Of a stretch of 64,000 bases of DNA, positions 22,169-32,523 are shown piece by piece; the first letter of the stretch is position 1, and the number at the start of each line of letters is the position of its first letter. The notes under the pieces were generated by a model. It was given only the letters and a program-made list of their open reading frames with translations. It was not told the DNA's origin and searched no databases. Position numbers and translations under genes: made by a program. This DNA comes from Cyanidioschyzon merolae (lineage: Eukaryota), in the NCBI GenBank assembly GCA_000091205.1, contig AP006501.2. The stretch is one strand, 5' to 3'.

Positions 22169-25100
22169 ATGGGCGGTAAACCACCAGCACCAGCCCAAAC
22201 GGACCGCAAGAAGGTTGCAGTTGCGCGGCCGAAAGCGTCGGCTCGCAACGTCCAACGCCAGGCGAACCGCGAACTGCACCGCATCCACGCCCCTATAGAG
22301 GATCGTTCTGGCGGAGATGCAGCGCCAAGAATCGTTGCTGTGGTTGGACCCCGTGCGTCTGGCAAGTCGAGCATCATTAGAGCGCTCGTCAAACACTACA
22401 GCCACCGCAACCTCGAGCAAGTCCGGGGTCCGCTCACTATCGTCACCAGCAAAACTCGACGATTGACCCTGGTTGAAGTGCCTCCTGAACTTCCCAGTAT
22501 GGTGGACGCTGCTAAAATTGCGGATCTAGTTCTTCTCGTCATCAACGCTGCCGAGGGTTTCGAAATGGAGTGTTTCGAGTTTCTCAGCGTCGCTGCCGCC
22601 CACGGTATGCCGCGAGTGCTCAGCGTTTTGACGCATTTGGACGCAATCAAAGACACGGAGAAGATGCGGCGCACAAAGAAGCTCTTGAAAGATCGTTTAG
22701 CGTCAGAAATTGTTCAAGGCGCCAAATTATTCTACTTGACCGGTATGCGAGAGAACGGTGCGTATTTGAAACGAGAGGTTCAGAATCTCGCCCGTTTTAT
22801 ATCCATTATCAAGTATCGCCCGATATCCTGGAGAAATGAACATCCGTTCGTTCTCGTGGATCGCATTGAGGATATCACACCGGCTGGGCGAACGCCTGAC
22901 GAGGCTGCCGCGGATCGCCAGCTGCTCGTCCATGGATTCGTGCACGGCTCGCCGTTGCGACTGCCCACAATGTTTCACGTGCCCGGTCTAGGCGACGTCT
23001 TTGTCGAAAGTGCCGTAGCGCGTGCGGATCCCATTCCTCCACCAGCAGCTACCGAGCCAGATACCTCGAACAAGACTGGTCCCAAACGGCGAAGAACATT
23101 GCAGCAGAAAGAGCGCCTGCTGTACGCACCGATGTCCAGCTTGGATGGTGTCTTTTTTGATCCTGATGCTTTGTATGTGAACATACCCGATTCGTACGTT
23201 CGATTTACGCCAACCGGCAAAGACAGCATATTGAATACAGAAGCTACTGATGTGTCGGTCGCCTCTGCCGTGCATGATGAAGAGGCCGGACTATCGGTTG
23301 GAGAGCAGATGGTGCGAGCGCTCCAGAATCCCCAGCACGCTCCACTGCAGACGTTGTCGGCGAAAGCGATTCGACTCTTTGGGGACGCTCACCCTGTGAC
23401 TTGGGAGACCAACTTGTCTGCAGCATCTTCTGAGGACGAAGGTGCCCAAGTGGGTTCTCTCGGCAAATACGGCGAACATGCTAGGGACGGGCGCCTGGCG
23501 GCCACTACCGCTTCCGACGATACCGACACCTCAGCGGGCTCGGAGACTTGCAGTTCCGACACGTCATCCGCGCGCGCACAGGATGCACATGTGTACGAAG
23601 CAGGTGGCGCTCGCGACCTGGGCAGAGTCCACAGCACTCCAGAGCGCCGTCGACCAGCGGAGCGGATGGCATCTCGTTCGGAGCCCTGCGACTGGCCAGT
23701 TGTCCCTACACTGGATGCAATCCGGTATCCAACGATCACCAAGGCCGCCCGACTGCGTCGCAGCGCCTCGGAACTAGGCCAAGATGCCGTTCCAGTCGAC
23801 GATACGCGCTCTCTGGGGAGCGACCAAGAAGACAGCACATCCTCTGCAACCCAGGGGGAGTTCTTCCGCACCGTGAAACGAAATCGTTTTGCAACACACG
23901 AACGAGGCATTCGTATCGACGATGAATCTTACGTGTCACCATCACCATCATCATCATCAGACGACGAGGAAGACGCCACAGAATCGGATTCCAGTTTTCT
24001 CGCTCGTTTCGCCGGAGCAGCGCGGCCTGTTGATCGTTCTAGTGACAGCAGCAAGCGACCTGCAGTTAGGATCGTGAACGGTGCCAGCGAGCGCACGCCC
24101 ACTCCTTGCCGTGGAGTTGTCAGCAGTGCCAGCAGCGACCAAAGCTTCTCCACGGAGACTGGCGCAGTTCATGCTGAGAACGGCGATGCCGTTTCGAGCG
24201 ACTCTGACATCGCACATTCGCCCTCTGCGGCTAGCGCTGAAGGCTCCTCCACCGACGATGCCCTCACAGACGCCAGCAGCGAAACGGACGCATCGCTTGG
24301 ACTGAGGAAACGGCAGCCAGCGCTGACTTCGGCTTTGTCAGAATGGCTGCAGCAGCAACCAGATCGTTCGAAAAGTGAGGCCGATTCCTCCGAAGCTACC
24401 TTCGGAAACATGTCGACTGGCGATTCTGCAACGTCACATGACTCCAGACGCGTACGACCACCTTGTATGGCTCCCGATATCGATTCTGATCATGCTCTAA
24501 CAGGAGAGCGTTCAGCAAAAGCGCTGGATGAAAGCGAACCAACGATTCTTCTGGATGCAAACTTTGATCAGCGCTGCTTCGCGCCGGGTACCTATCTTCG
24601 CTTGGAGCTGCGCGGTGTACCAGCTGCTTTCGTTAGCAACTTTGATCCCATGCGTCCGCTGATTCTCGGTGCGCTGCCGCTCCCAATGGAACGAACTAGG
24701 GCCATGATGCGCATTCGCATCCTGCGACATCGGTGGTTTCGTCGGCTTCTCAAGACCCGAGATCCACTGCTGTTCTCCGTTGGCTGGCACCGCTTCGAGT
24801 CGGTGCCGGTGTTTTGTGTCGAGGATTCGACTGGTCGCCACCGGATGCTGAAGTACACCCTCGAACACATGCACTGTGAAGCAATGCTCTATGGGCCGGT
24901 AGTCGCGCCCGGGACTGGGGTTGTCTGTTTCCAGAGCCTCGGTTCCGAGCGCAGCCGCGACTTTCGCATTGCTGCGACCGGTGTGGTCTGCGAGATCGAC
25001 CACAAGTTCCGTATTGTGAAGAAACTGAAGCTTGTTGGCGAACCGTACCGCATTTTTAAGAATACTGCCTTCATTAAGGGCATGTTCAATTCTGAGCTCG

Positions 25101-25786
25101 AAGTGAGCAAGTTTGTGGGCGCACATCTCCGCACGCCAAGTGGATTACGGGGCGTCATCAAGAAATCCGTCCGGGACGGTCCACCGGGTACATTTCGAGC
25201 CACCTTTGAGGATCGATTGCTCATGAGCGACCTGGTCTTTCTTCGAACCTGGGTGCCGGTGGAGGCGCCCACCTATTACCATGCGGTTCGGAACCTGCTG
25301 GAACCGGCACCATGGGCAAGCAATGATCCTCATCGCACCTATCGATGGATGCGTACTGCGCGTGAACTGCGCACAGCTTACCAGACTCCTCTGGAGGTGA
25401 AGGCGGATTCAGTATATCGACCGGTTGAGCGTTTGCCGCGTCGCTTTCATCCGTTGCGTATTCCACGAGCACTGGAGGCCGCACTGCCATTTGCATCGAA
25501 ACCGAAACAAGTCGAGGCGTTGAGCGAGCGCAAGCGTCGTCGATTGGAACGTGCAGTGCCGGGTCTCGCAGAGCGTATGCCAACCGCAGCAACCGCGGAG
25601 CGCAAGGAGGCTCAGTTCCTGCAGATGCTTCGGACCGTGCGACGGGAGCGCGAAAGTCAACGGGCAGAGGCCCAGAAAAAGAGACGAGAAGTGCACCAGC
25701 GACAGCTGGAAAAAGAGGAACGCCAACGGCTGGCTGCAAGACGTGTTCGAAAGAAACAAGAGTACGCGAGTGGCGCTCACAGGTGA
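22169..25786 (+). CDS. BMS1: Ribosome biogenesis protein BMS1 (GTPase of the Bms1/Tsr1 family)
   Basis: PRIVAVVGPRASGKSSIIRALVKHYSHRNLEQVRGPLTIVTSKTRRLTLVEVPPELPSMVDAAKIADLVLLVINAAEGFEMECFEFLSVAAAHGMPRVLSVLTHLD...GAKLFYLTGM...REVQNLARFISIIKYRPISWRNEHPFVLVDRIEDIT is collinear with the Bms1 N-terminal GTPase and AARP2CN domain. The length (about 1205 aa), the acidic Ser-rich middle and the basic coiled-coil C-terminus fit Bms1. The track start (22148) is a TTG. The first ATG is at 22169 and a TAA lies in frame at 22097. Confidence 0.9.
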   Translation: MGGKPPAPAQTDRKKVAVARPKASARNVQRQANRELHRIHAPIEDRSGGDAAPRIVAVVGPRASGKSSIIRALVKHYSHRNLEQVRGPLTIVTSKTRRLTLVEVPPELPSMVDAAKIADLVLLVINAAEGFEMECFEFLSVAAAHGMPRVLSVLTHLDAIKDTEKMRRTKKLLKDRLASEIVQGAKLFYLTGMRENGAYLKREVQNLARFISIIKYRPISWRNEHPFVLVDRIEDITPAGRTPDEAAADRQLLVHGFVHGSPLRLPTMFHVPGLGDVFVESAVARADPIPPPAATEPDTSNKTGPKRRRTLQQKERLLYAPMSSLDGVFFDPDALYVNIPDSYVRFTPTGKDSILNTEATDVSVASAVHDEEAGLSVGEQMVRALQNPQHAPLQTLSAKAIRLFGDAHPVTWETNLSAASSEDEGAQVGSLGKYGEHARDGRLAATTASDDTDTSAGSETCSSDTSSARAQDAHVYEAGGARDLGRVHSTPERRRPAERMASRSEPCDWPVVPTLDAIRYPTITKAARLRRSASELGQDAVPVDDTRSLGSDQEDSTSSATQGEFFRTVKRNRFATHERGIRIDDESYVSPSPSSSSDDEEDATESDSSFLARFAGAARPVDRSSDSSKRPAVRIVNGASERTPTPCRGVVSSASSDQSFSTETGAVHAENGDAVSSDSDIAHSPSAASAEGSSTDDALTDASSETDASLGLRKRQPALTSALSEWLQQQPDRSKSEADSSEATFGNMSTGDSATSHDSRRVRPPCMAPDIDSDHALTGERSAKALDESEPTILLDANFDQRCFAPGTYLRLELRGVPAAFVSNFDPMRPLILGALPLPMERTRAMMRIRILRHRWFRRLLKTRDPLLFSVGWHRFESVPVFCVEDSTGRHRMLKYTLEHMHCEAMLYGPVVAPGTGVVCFQSLGSERSRDFRIAATGVVCEIDHKFRIVKKLKLVGEPYRIFKNTAFIKGMFNSELEVSKFVGAHLRTPSGLRGVIKKSVRDGPPGTFRATFEDRLLMSDLVFLRTWVPVEAPTYYHAVRNLLEPAPWASNDPHRTYRWMRTARELRTAYQTPLEVKADSVYRPVERLPRRFHPLRIPRALEAALPFASKPKQVEALSERKRRRLERAVPGLAERMPTAATAERKEAQFLQMLRTVRRERESQRAEAQKKRREVHQRQLEKEERQRLAARRVRKKQEYASGAHR

Positions 25787-25855
25787 AAGCGGTGACGGTG
25801 GTGGTGTAGTCACCGTCGTGCATAGGCTCACGGGGAGGCGCAGCTCCACTGGAAC

Positions 25856-26773
25856 GGCAGTAGACTTCGATGGCGGACTGGTTTTTGTATGCATATGTGA
25901 TACGGTATATGTAAAACTGGGTATCGAACTTGCAGCGCTGATAAACGTGGCAGTAGACTTCGATGGCGGACTGGTTTGTATGCATATGTGATACGGTATA
26001 TGTAAAACTGGGTATCGAACTTGCAGCGCTGATAAACGTGGCAGTAGACTTCGATGGCGGACTGGTTTGTATGCATATGTGATACGGTGTGTGTAAAACT
26101 GGGTATCGAACTTGGAGCGCTGATAAACGTGGCAGTAGACTTCGATGGCGGACTGGTTTGTATGCATATGTGATACGGTGTATGTGAAACTGGGTATCGA
26201 ACTTGGAGCGCTGATAAACGTGGCAGTAGACTTCGATGGCGGACTGGTTTGTATGCATATGTGATACGGTGTATGTGAAACTGGGTATCGAACTTGGAGC
26301 GCTGATAAACGTGGCAGTAGACTTCGATGGCGGACTGGTTTGTATGCATATGTGATACGGTGTATGTGAAACTGGGTATCGAACTTGGAGCGCTGATAAA
26401 CGTGGCAGTAGACTTCGATGGCGGACTGGTTTGTATGCATATGTGATACGGTGTGTGTAAAACTGGGTATCGAACTTGGAGCGCTGATAAACGTGGCAGT
26501 AGACTTCGATGGCGGACTGGTTTGTATGCATATGTGATACGGTGTGTGTAAAACTGGGTATCGAACTTGCAGCGCTGATAAACGTGGCAGTAGACTTCGA
26601 TGGCGGACTGGTTTGTATGCATATGTGATACGGTGTATGTAAAACTGGGTATCGAACTTGCAGCGCTGATAAACGTGGCAGTAGACTTCGATGGCGGACT
26701 GGTTTGTATGCATATGTGATACGGTGTATGTGAAACTGGGTATCGAACTTGGAGCGCTGGTAAACGTAGAGAG
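25856..26773. repeat. Minisatellite of about 10 tandem 91-92-bp units
   Basis: The unit ggcagtagacttcgatggcggactggtttgtatgcatatgtgatacggtgtatgtgaaactgggtatcgaacttggagcgctgataaacgtg repeats with a period of 91-92 bp. The only variants are gtatatgt/gtgtgtgt/gtgtatgtg and cttgcagcg/cttggagcg. It begins 70 bp after the Bms1 stop. Confidence 0.9.
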
Positions 26774-27379
26774 CGCGCCACCCAGCCAACGCCGATGCTG
26801 ACTAGGATCCCCGCGCAATACCATAGTCACCTGTCTGACGTTTCCTTGGCGCAGTTGTTTTCAGTCTACCAAATAAGAGCGCCGCGTGTGTACTGAGGAT
26901 TGCTAGCGCTGCACACCGGATCGAGTAGCACCTGCCGTCGTGTGGAACGCCTCGACTAGAGCGTTTGCTGTTTCGGCGCCCTGCGTTGCTTCCAGATCTG
27001 CTGCTCATGTTGCTGTACGTAGTATGGTGGACGTGCATGGCCATGGACCCCTGGTCGAAGCATTGAAAGTAGCGAGCATAGGCATGCACGAAACAGCTGT
27101 TGTCTCAATGCAAGTTCGCTGTATCGAAACGCGTACCGGATGCAAGGTTAACGTTATTTTAGAGGGACATTAAAGCACTCGGATGGCTGCTCGGGTACCA
27201 GGCACCTCGGAAGCTACACCCACACCTACGCGATCAACAAGCGCGTCCACCAGTCCAGGATGCTTCGGAATCGTGCGTTCTGCAGACATCGATGCAAGCA
27301 TCTATTCGCAACTGGACAGGTAATGATAGAAGCAGCTGCCTCTGACGTACAATTCGTGCTGAGCATCGTGGACGCGATG

Positions 27380-27609
27380 CATCCTAATGGCAAAAATACA
27401 GATATTCGACGGCATCTGATGAATCAATCGAACAAGCACGACCTAGGATGTCTACCCTGCACACCGATCACCGTCACTGAGCGATAGATGCTTACATCCT
27501 AATGGCAAAAATACAGATATTCGACGGCATCTGATGAATCAATCGAACAAGCACGACCTAGGATGTCTACCCTGCACACTGATCACCGTCACGGAGCGAT
27601 AGACGCTAT
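27380..27609. repeat. 2 x 115-bp tandem duplication upstream of msrA
   Basis: catcctaatggcaaaaatacagatattcgacggcatctgatgaatcaatcgaacaagcacgacctaggatgtctaccctgcacac.gatcaccgtcac.gagcgataga.gct.a is present twice, with 3-4 differences. Confidence 0.8.
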
Positions 27610-27797
27610 TGTACGAATGGCAACATGGCATCTGTTGCGATTCCCGCTAGCGCAGATCGAAACAGATACGAAGCGTCGCTGCACCTGTTCCGCAATCTTC
27701 AGCCGCAACGTGCATCCCGCTGTTCTGTTCAGTGGAAGCGTGAACGAACATTCTGCGCGTTACCATTCTGGTCGGAAACGGGATTCTTGCAGACATT

Positions 27798-28640
27798 ATG
27801 GCGTTTCTGGCACCTGGTTTCCTCTCCTTGCGTTGCGTTTTCATATCCAGGACAAGATACATTCGTTTCACCAACCGCGCGCTCGCTTTGCGACAGTGTC
27901 GATACACGAGAACTCGCTCTAGTCGTGGCACGAGCTCGCTTGCGATGGGCCTTTTCAGTGGCCTGTTTGGACGCGAGAGCGCTTCACCGGCCGCAGGGTC
28001 ACGAAAACCGATGCCTGTTCCCGAGAAACACTACGTTCTGGGGACACCGTTGAAGACCGTTCCAGAGGGCATGCGCGTGGCTGTTTTCGGGGGCGGCTGT
28101 TTCTGGGGACTGGAACGGCGCTTCTTCCAGACACCAGGCGTGTACAGTACCGCTGTGGGGTACGCAGGCGGCAGCTTGCCGGACCCGACCTACTACGAGG
28201 TATGCTCAGGGCGCACTGGACACGCTGAGGTGGTGAGAGTGGTCTATGATCCTCAGAAAGTCGATTATTTGACGCTGCTCGACGTGTTCTGGTCTGCGCA
28301 CGACCCGACCCAGTTGAACCGACAGGGAAACGACGTCGGCACGCAGTACCGCTCCGTGATTATCTATGCGGATGATGAACAAAAGCGACTTGCGGAAGCA
28401 ACACGGGCTGCGTTCGACAAGACGTTAAGAGAGAACGGGTACGGAAGGATTGTCACCGAGCTCCTACCTGCCGCTGATAACCCGTTTTACTTTGCAGAGG
28501 AATACCATCAGCAGTACTTGGCGAAGAACCCGGGTGGCTACTGTGGACTGGGCGGGACAAGACTGTATAATCCCGAGGCGATACGAAGCGCGCTGAAAGA
28601 GATGGAGGCGGCAGCAGCAGCAGCAGCAGCGCGTGAGTGA
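27798..28640 (+). CDS. msrA: Peptide methionine sulfoxide reductase MsrA with an N-terminal extension
   Basis: [32 protein letters not shown]...[13 protein letters not shown]...[13 protein letters not shown]...EEYHQQYL is the canonical MsrA core, including the GCFWG active site. The ATG is at 27798. A 50-aa R/S/T-rich leader is followed by an internal MGLFSGLF. The C-terminus ends in an (Ala)8 run encoded by (GCA)n. Confidence 0.85.
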   Translation: MAFLAPGFLSLRCVFISRTRYIRFTNRALALRQCRYTRTRSSRGTSSLAMGLFSGLFGRESASPAAGSRKPMPVPEKHYVLGTPLKTVPEGMRVAVFGGGCFWGLERRFFQTPGVYSTAVGYAGGSLPDPTYYEVCSGRTGHAEVVRVVYDPQKVDYLTLLDVFWSAHDPTQLNRQGNDVGTQYRSVIIYADDEQKRLAEATRAAFDKTLRENGYGRIVTELLPAADNPFYFAEEYHQQYLAKNPGGYCGLGGTRLYNPEAIRSALKEMEAAAAAAAARE

Positions 28641-29034
28641 TATACGGGGAGGATGTGTGAGGCCCAAGTCACCGAGGCAAGGCGCTCGAGTTCGAGAAAA
28701 CAGCAGCGGATGTAAAAGCGCGCACTGGTTTAAACATCATGCTTTTAGAGCTGCGCACTGTTACCTGAGAACAAACGCAACGAGTCGCGGCAAACTAGTA
28801 TCCATGAATGCCCGGCTACAGATAGATGCCCAAGTGTGGAGAATGCGCTTCGCGTCGCCGCTCGAGAGCGTTTAGAGAGGATGAATCTGGACAAGCAGCT
28901 GCCGGGCGACTTGCGAGCCGTCACGCAACGAGCTGTGCACCCAGTGCACTGATTCTTCTTCATCCGGTAACCATACATGCTGTTTCAAGGCCACCATGCA
29001 ACTCGGATTCAGACTGAACCCCCATGACCTGGGG

Positions 29035-32000
29035 TCAGGTAGAATTCGAGCTCCAGGCCGCAAGTGAATGCAGCGAGCGCGACGATGCCGTGCGGCTTGC
29101 GCCTTTCTCGGCCGGGCTGGATTGGGTGAATTGCAATAGCCGCTCCGCGACTCTCGCAGAGAGATGAGCGGATTTCCGTGCTAACGCTGCAGCCGCGCGT
29201 ACCGATGGCCCACCTGCGGCCACGGCTGTGTTGCTTGAGGTTTCCTCGGGTCGCGCTGGAGCATCAGCGCTTGGCGCCGCATCTGCATCGATCGCTGGAC
29301 GTTTCGGATGCGACTCTGTGCCGGTCGCTGCTTCCTCGGGATCAGAAGTTGACCTAGATCTACGCGCATCATCGTTTCCAGACGGTTGAGCAAGGAAGCT
29401 CGGTGCTCGTTCGCTCGCTATATTCGCTTGTGCGTCAGCATGCGCTGCAGCGAGCAGCTGCTCGACAACGGACTTAGAGGACTCGAGCTCCTCTATGCGA
29501 ATCTGTGCGAACTGGGTGATTTTCTCGGCGAGAATCGCTCGTTTGAGACGGTTGGCAATCTGTACAGCTACCTTGAAAGCAGCAGCACTCGACAGTCGTG
29601 AAGCCAAGTCAAGGACGCGGCGGTCACGTTGTTTCTCGCAAGCTTCCTCGATGAGATACAGAAGGGTCTTATCTGCTTGGCGCTGCAGTTCCCGTGCTTT
29701 TTGCGCGAGCGCCTCAAGCATTTCGTGTTCGCTATGCTGGTATTGTGTGCCATCTACTGTCGTTGTCCGGGAAAAAGCGATTGCGTCAAACAACGCAGAC
29801 CGCGTGGCGCGGATTGATGCAACCGTCCTGAGATAGGCTTGCTCGAGTTCCGAATACTGGCTATCCTGGGCAAGCGGCCAAGGGAATCGTTCGAGCGGTA
29901 CCTGGCGCAGTTGCGATCGAGGATACGGCAGAGGACTCGTCGCGTCTGCAGGCAAGATAATGCCATGAAGAACGCGATTCTTCACGCCGAGCGGATAAAA
30001 CCATTGTCGGTCGGGATCGAAAATCTCTTCACCATCTGCTTCGGCCAATGCTTGCCGAGTTCGTTCACTTGTCAGTGCCAGGTGCCAGGTCAAGTGCATG
30101 GATCCGCGTTGGAGACTGGACAACGGATGGCAACCGTGCGTCCAGTTCCAAGTGGCTGAACGGTAGCAGCCAAAGGTCCACGCTCGCAGCGTAAAAAGGT
30201 GACCAGACGCGAAATATATCCATAGCGCGCAATCCTCACTCGCATCCGACGTAGAATCGGCAGCTTCGGAGGATGTGTCTCGTTTTGTGTCCGTAAGACC
30301 GACCCAAACCAGACGCGACGTCTCAAGGTGCTGAAGCCTCTTCGCCCGAGGGCGAGCGCGCACAGCGGGGCATATCGGCAGGTTGCCGCGAACGAGACAT
30401 TCGCTCACGTATCCATTCTGGTGAATGCGCAGCAGCATATACTCCCCTGCTCCATCGGGCCCGTGACTCCGCGAAAGAATGCACAAGAGATTTTCACTTG
30501 CTACCATCGTCAGAATGCTGCCATTCAGACCAGGGTGGAAACTGTCGGTGATTAGTCCCGTGAAAGAGTAGAGGTGAACCGACTGGGCGCTGGTCGCCAC
30601 TGCAACCCAGAACTTACTCATGCAGAGGGCAATAGGGTCCTCCTGTGGCGGCAGGAATCGTATCCAGTCGCTCTGTAGAGACCACGACTCGTGAGGACGA
30701 TAATATATCAATGCAGGACGATCTGATCCGCCCTGCCCGCTCTGGGCCCCTAGCAGTATCCCATATGCATTCAAGGTGCCGTACTGGAAACCATAACGGT
30801 CTGGAAATCGAATGGATCGCTTGCTAACATCGCTAAACTCGAGCTCAATCTGTCTGGCGGGTTCCTCGCTCGTCGCAACTGCTGAGCCAGCGGGCAATGA
30901 TGTCAGGCAGCCTGTGAGGTTCCACTGTAAAATTCGCCGCTTCGCGCCCAAATCGAGCGTGGATCCGATCTGGAACGGCTGTTGGCACGTACGGTCGCAG
31001 CAGCAGGAAGATCGCCCATGAGACAACCCTGTTGCGAAGCGGCGACGCTTTCGCGAGCTCAGTGTCGTGTCGCCCACATCCGAATCGTCATTCCCATCAT
31101 CATCATCATCATCATCAGTTTCGCCTGCAGGCTCCCGTTGAGACACGCTTGACACACGTTCGGAATCATCATCGCTCGGGGTGCTTCCACCTTGAGACGG
31201 CCTAGAAGCTGCCTCTTTGAATGTCAACGAATTTGAAGTCTGCACCTGCAGCGAAGTGCCGCGCACCAATTTTGTGGTCGACCCGGGCGTCTCTGCGTTT
31301 CTCGTCGATGCCTCACCAGTGTGGGCGCCTTCTCGACTTTGGTGATGTCCGCAATGCGCATCCACGGTTCCATTATCCAACAGAGACGTAGAGAGTCTCT
31401 CGCTCCCTCTGGAGGAGATCGTTCCGCGCTCAGCTGGCAGCGTGACAACCCCAAGTTGCCCCAAAAGATCAAGATAATAGGTCACCGAGGAAACAGGGCA
31501 ACAAGCCAATGCCCGAATCTCTGCTTCAGCGACGCCTAGTTGCCGTGATGCTGCATCAGCGAGGTCATAGAGAATGATCGTGTCACCATTATCCTCCTGG
31601 AGCTTCGCGGTTACCACCAAACGTGTCGTCGAGCGAGCATCCCATGCGAGCGTCGATATGGAGATGGGCTTATCGACATGCGAACCAGCCGGGCACTGCG
31701 CTCGTGCCCAGACCTGAACATCAAAAACAGGATACCCCGCATTCTCCCAGGAGTCGCGTTCTAGAAAGTGCACCCGACCTGTGCGATCTCCAACAGCCAG
31801 AATCTGCCCGTCTGGTGAAAATCGCGCGCAACATGCATGACGTATTCTTCCGACCCCGAAGCCAATGACCCGTTGGGCATCAACAGACCAGAGACAAACG
31901 TTCGCCATTGCGGCAGGAGTTCGGGCAGTGGACGTTGCGCGTCCTTGCCCCGAGGGCACCTCATGGACGGTGGCAAAGTAGCAGCCAAGCGGATCGACCG

Positions 32001-32523
32001 CCAGATCTATGACGCTGTACTGCACGACCTCATCGTAGGCCGGGTCCTCCTCGCTCGGCCGCAGAATATCGATGCGAGGACCCTCGTCCAGATACACGAG
32101 GCGAACTGTCGCCGGCTCGCGCCCACATACAATCACGTACTCGCCTGCACCACCAAAAGCGACATAATTTGCCGGTACAGGGGTCCGACAGAGTACGGCG
32201 AGCGTCTCTCTCGTCGATACGGAAACAAGCGACACTTGTGATGCGTCATCTGCAACCACAAGAAAGCTGCAGCAGGGCGAAAGCGCCAGCGACCATATAG
32301 CGCTGACTGCACCGGGACCATTCGGTTCAGCTTCCCATACCCAGTCACACTCTTTCGTGACCGAGAGTCGATTCCCTGCGTCCGTCTTCACCGAACGTCC
32401 GAGCACTCTTCCGTCTGATCCGCCTGTGAATACAAACGTTACTGGAGAAGCACCAGCGCCGGGACTCTGAGCACCAACAGCCAGCGAACAAGTGCCAGGT
32501 GGGTGACAAACTATCGTTTCCAT
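29035..32523 (-). CDS. WD40 beta-propeller protein, possibly a Ctf4/AND-1/WDHD1-like replisome factor (family assignment tentative)
   Basis: A 1162-aa single ORF with ATG at 32523. The N-terminal region has WD-repeat-like blocks (SPDGQILAVGDRTGRVHFLE...). The middle has propeller-like repeats (SVHLYSFTGLITDSFHPGLNGSILTMVAS...). The C-terminus is a helical bundle (LDLASRLSSAAAFKVAVQIANRLKRAILAEKI). A poly-Asp run is encoded by (GAT)n at about 31080-31115. Confidence 0.45.
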   Translation of the reverse strand: METIVCHPPGTCSLAVGAQSPGAGASPVTFVFTGGSDGRVLGRSVKTDAGNRLSVTKECDWVWEAEPNGPGAVSAIWSLALSPCCSFLVVADDASQVSLVSVSTRETLAVLCRTPVPANYVAFGGAGEYVIVCGREPATVRLVYLDEGPRIDILRPSEEDPAYDEVVQYSVIDLAVDPLGCYFATVHEVPSGQGRATSTARTPAAMANVCLWSVDAQRVIGFGVGRIRHACCARFSPDGQILAVGDRTGRVHFLERDSWENAGYPVFDVQVWARAQCPAGSHVDKPISISTLAWDARSTTRLVVTAKLQEDNGDTIILYDLADAASRQLGVAEAEIRALACCPVSSVTYYLDLLGQLGVVTLPAERGTISSRGSERLSTSLLDNGTVDAHCGHHQSREGAHTGEASTRNAETPGSTTKLVRGTSLQVQTSNSLTFKEAASRPSQGGSTPSDDDSERVSSVSQREPAGETDDDDDDDGNDDSDVGDTTLSSRKRRRFATGLSHGRSSCCCDRTCQQPFQIGSTLDLGAKRRILQWNLTGCLTSLPAGSAVATSEEPARQIELEFSDVSKRSIRFPDRYGFQYGTLNAYGILLGAQSGQGGSDRPALIYYRPHESWSLQSDWIRFLPPQEDPIALCMSKFWVAVATSAQSVHLYSFTGLITDSFHPGLNGSILTMVASENLLCILSRSHGPDGAGEYMLLRIHQNGYVSECLVRGNLPICPAVRARPRAKRLQHLETSRLVWVGLTDTKRDTSSEAADSTSDASEDCALWIYFASGHLFTLRAWTFGCYRSATWNWTHGCHPLSSLQRGSMHLTWHLALTSERTRQALAEADGEEIFDPDRQWFYPLGVKNRVLHGIILPADATSPLPYPRSQLRQVPLERFPWPLAQDSQYSELEQAYLRTVASIRATRSALFDAIAFSRTTTVDGTQYQHSEHEMLEALAQKARELQRQADKTLLYLIEEACEKQRDRRVLDLASRLSSAAAFKVAVQIANRLKRAILAEKITQFAQIRIEELESSKSVVEQLLAAAHADAQANIASERAPSFLAQPSGNDDARRSRSTSDPEEAATGTESHPKRPAIDADAAPSADAPARPEETSSNTAVAAGGPSVRAAAALARKSAHLSARVAERLLQFTQSSPAEKGASRTASSRSLHSLAAWSSNST

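Noticed and set aside
25856-26773. Regularly spaced direct repeats as a possible CRISPR array
   Set aside because: The units are contiguous with no unique spacers, there are no cas genes, and the context is eukaryotic. It is a minisatellite.
25221-26830. Three 300-520-aa minus-strand ORFs with internally repeated peptides (…YVYQRSKFDTQFHIHRITYAYKPVRHRSLLPRLSALQVRYPV…)
   Set aside because: They are generated entirely by the 91-bp minisatellite. 91 is not a multiple of 3, so the frames rotate. That explains the three similar but offset ORFs. They are not genes.
28607-28630. (GCA)n at the 3' end of msrA as a noncoding microsatellite
   Set aside because: It is in frame and encodes the terminal Ala8 of MsrA ([10 protein letters not shown]). 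It is noted within the CDS evidence instead.
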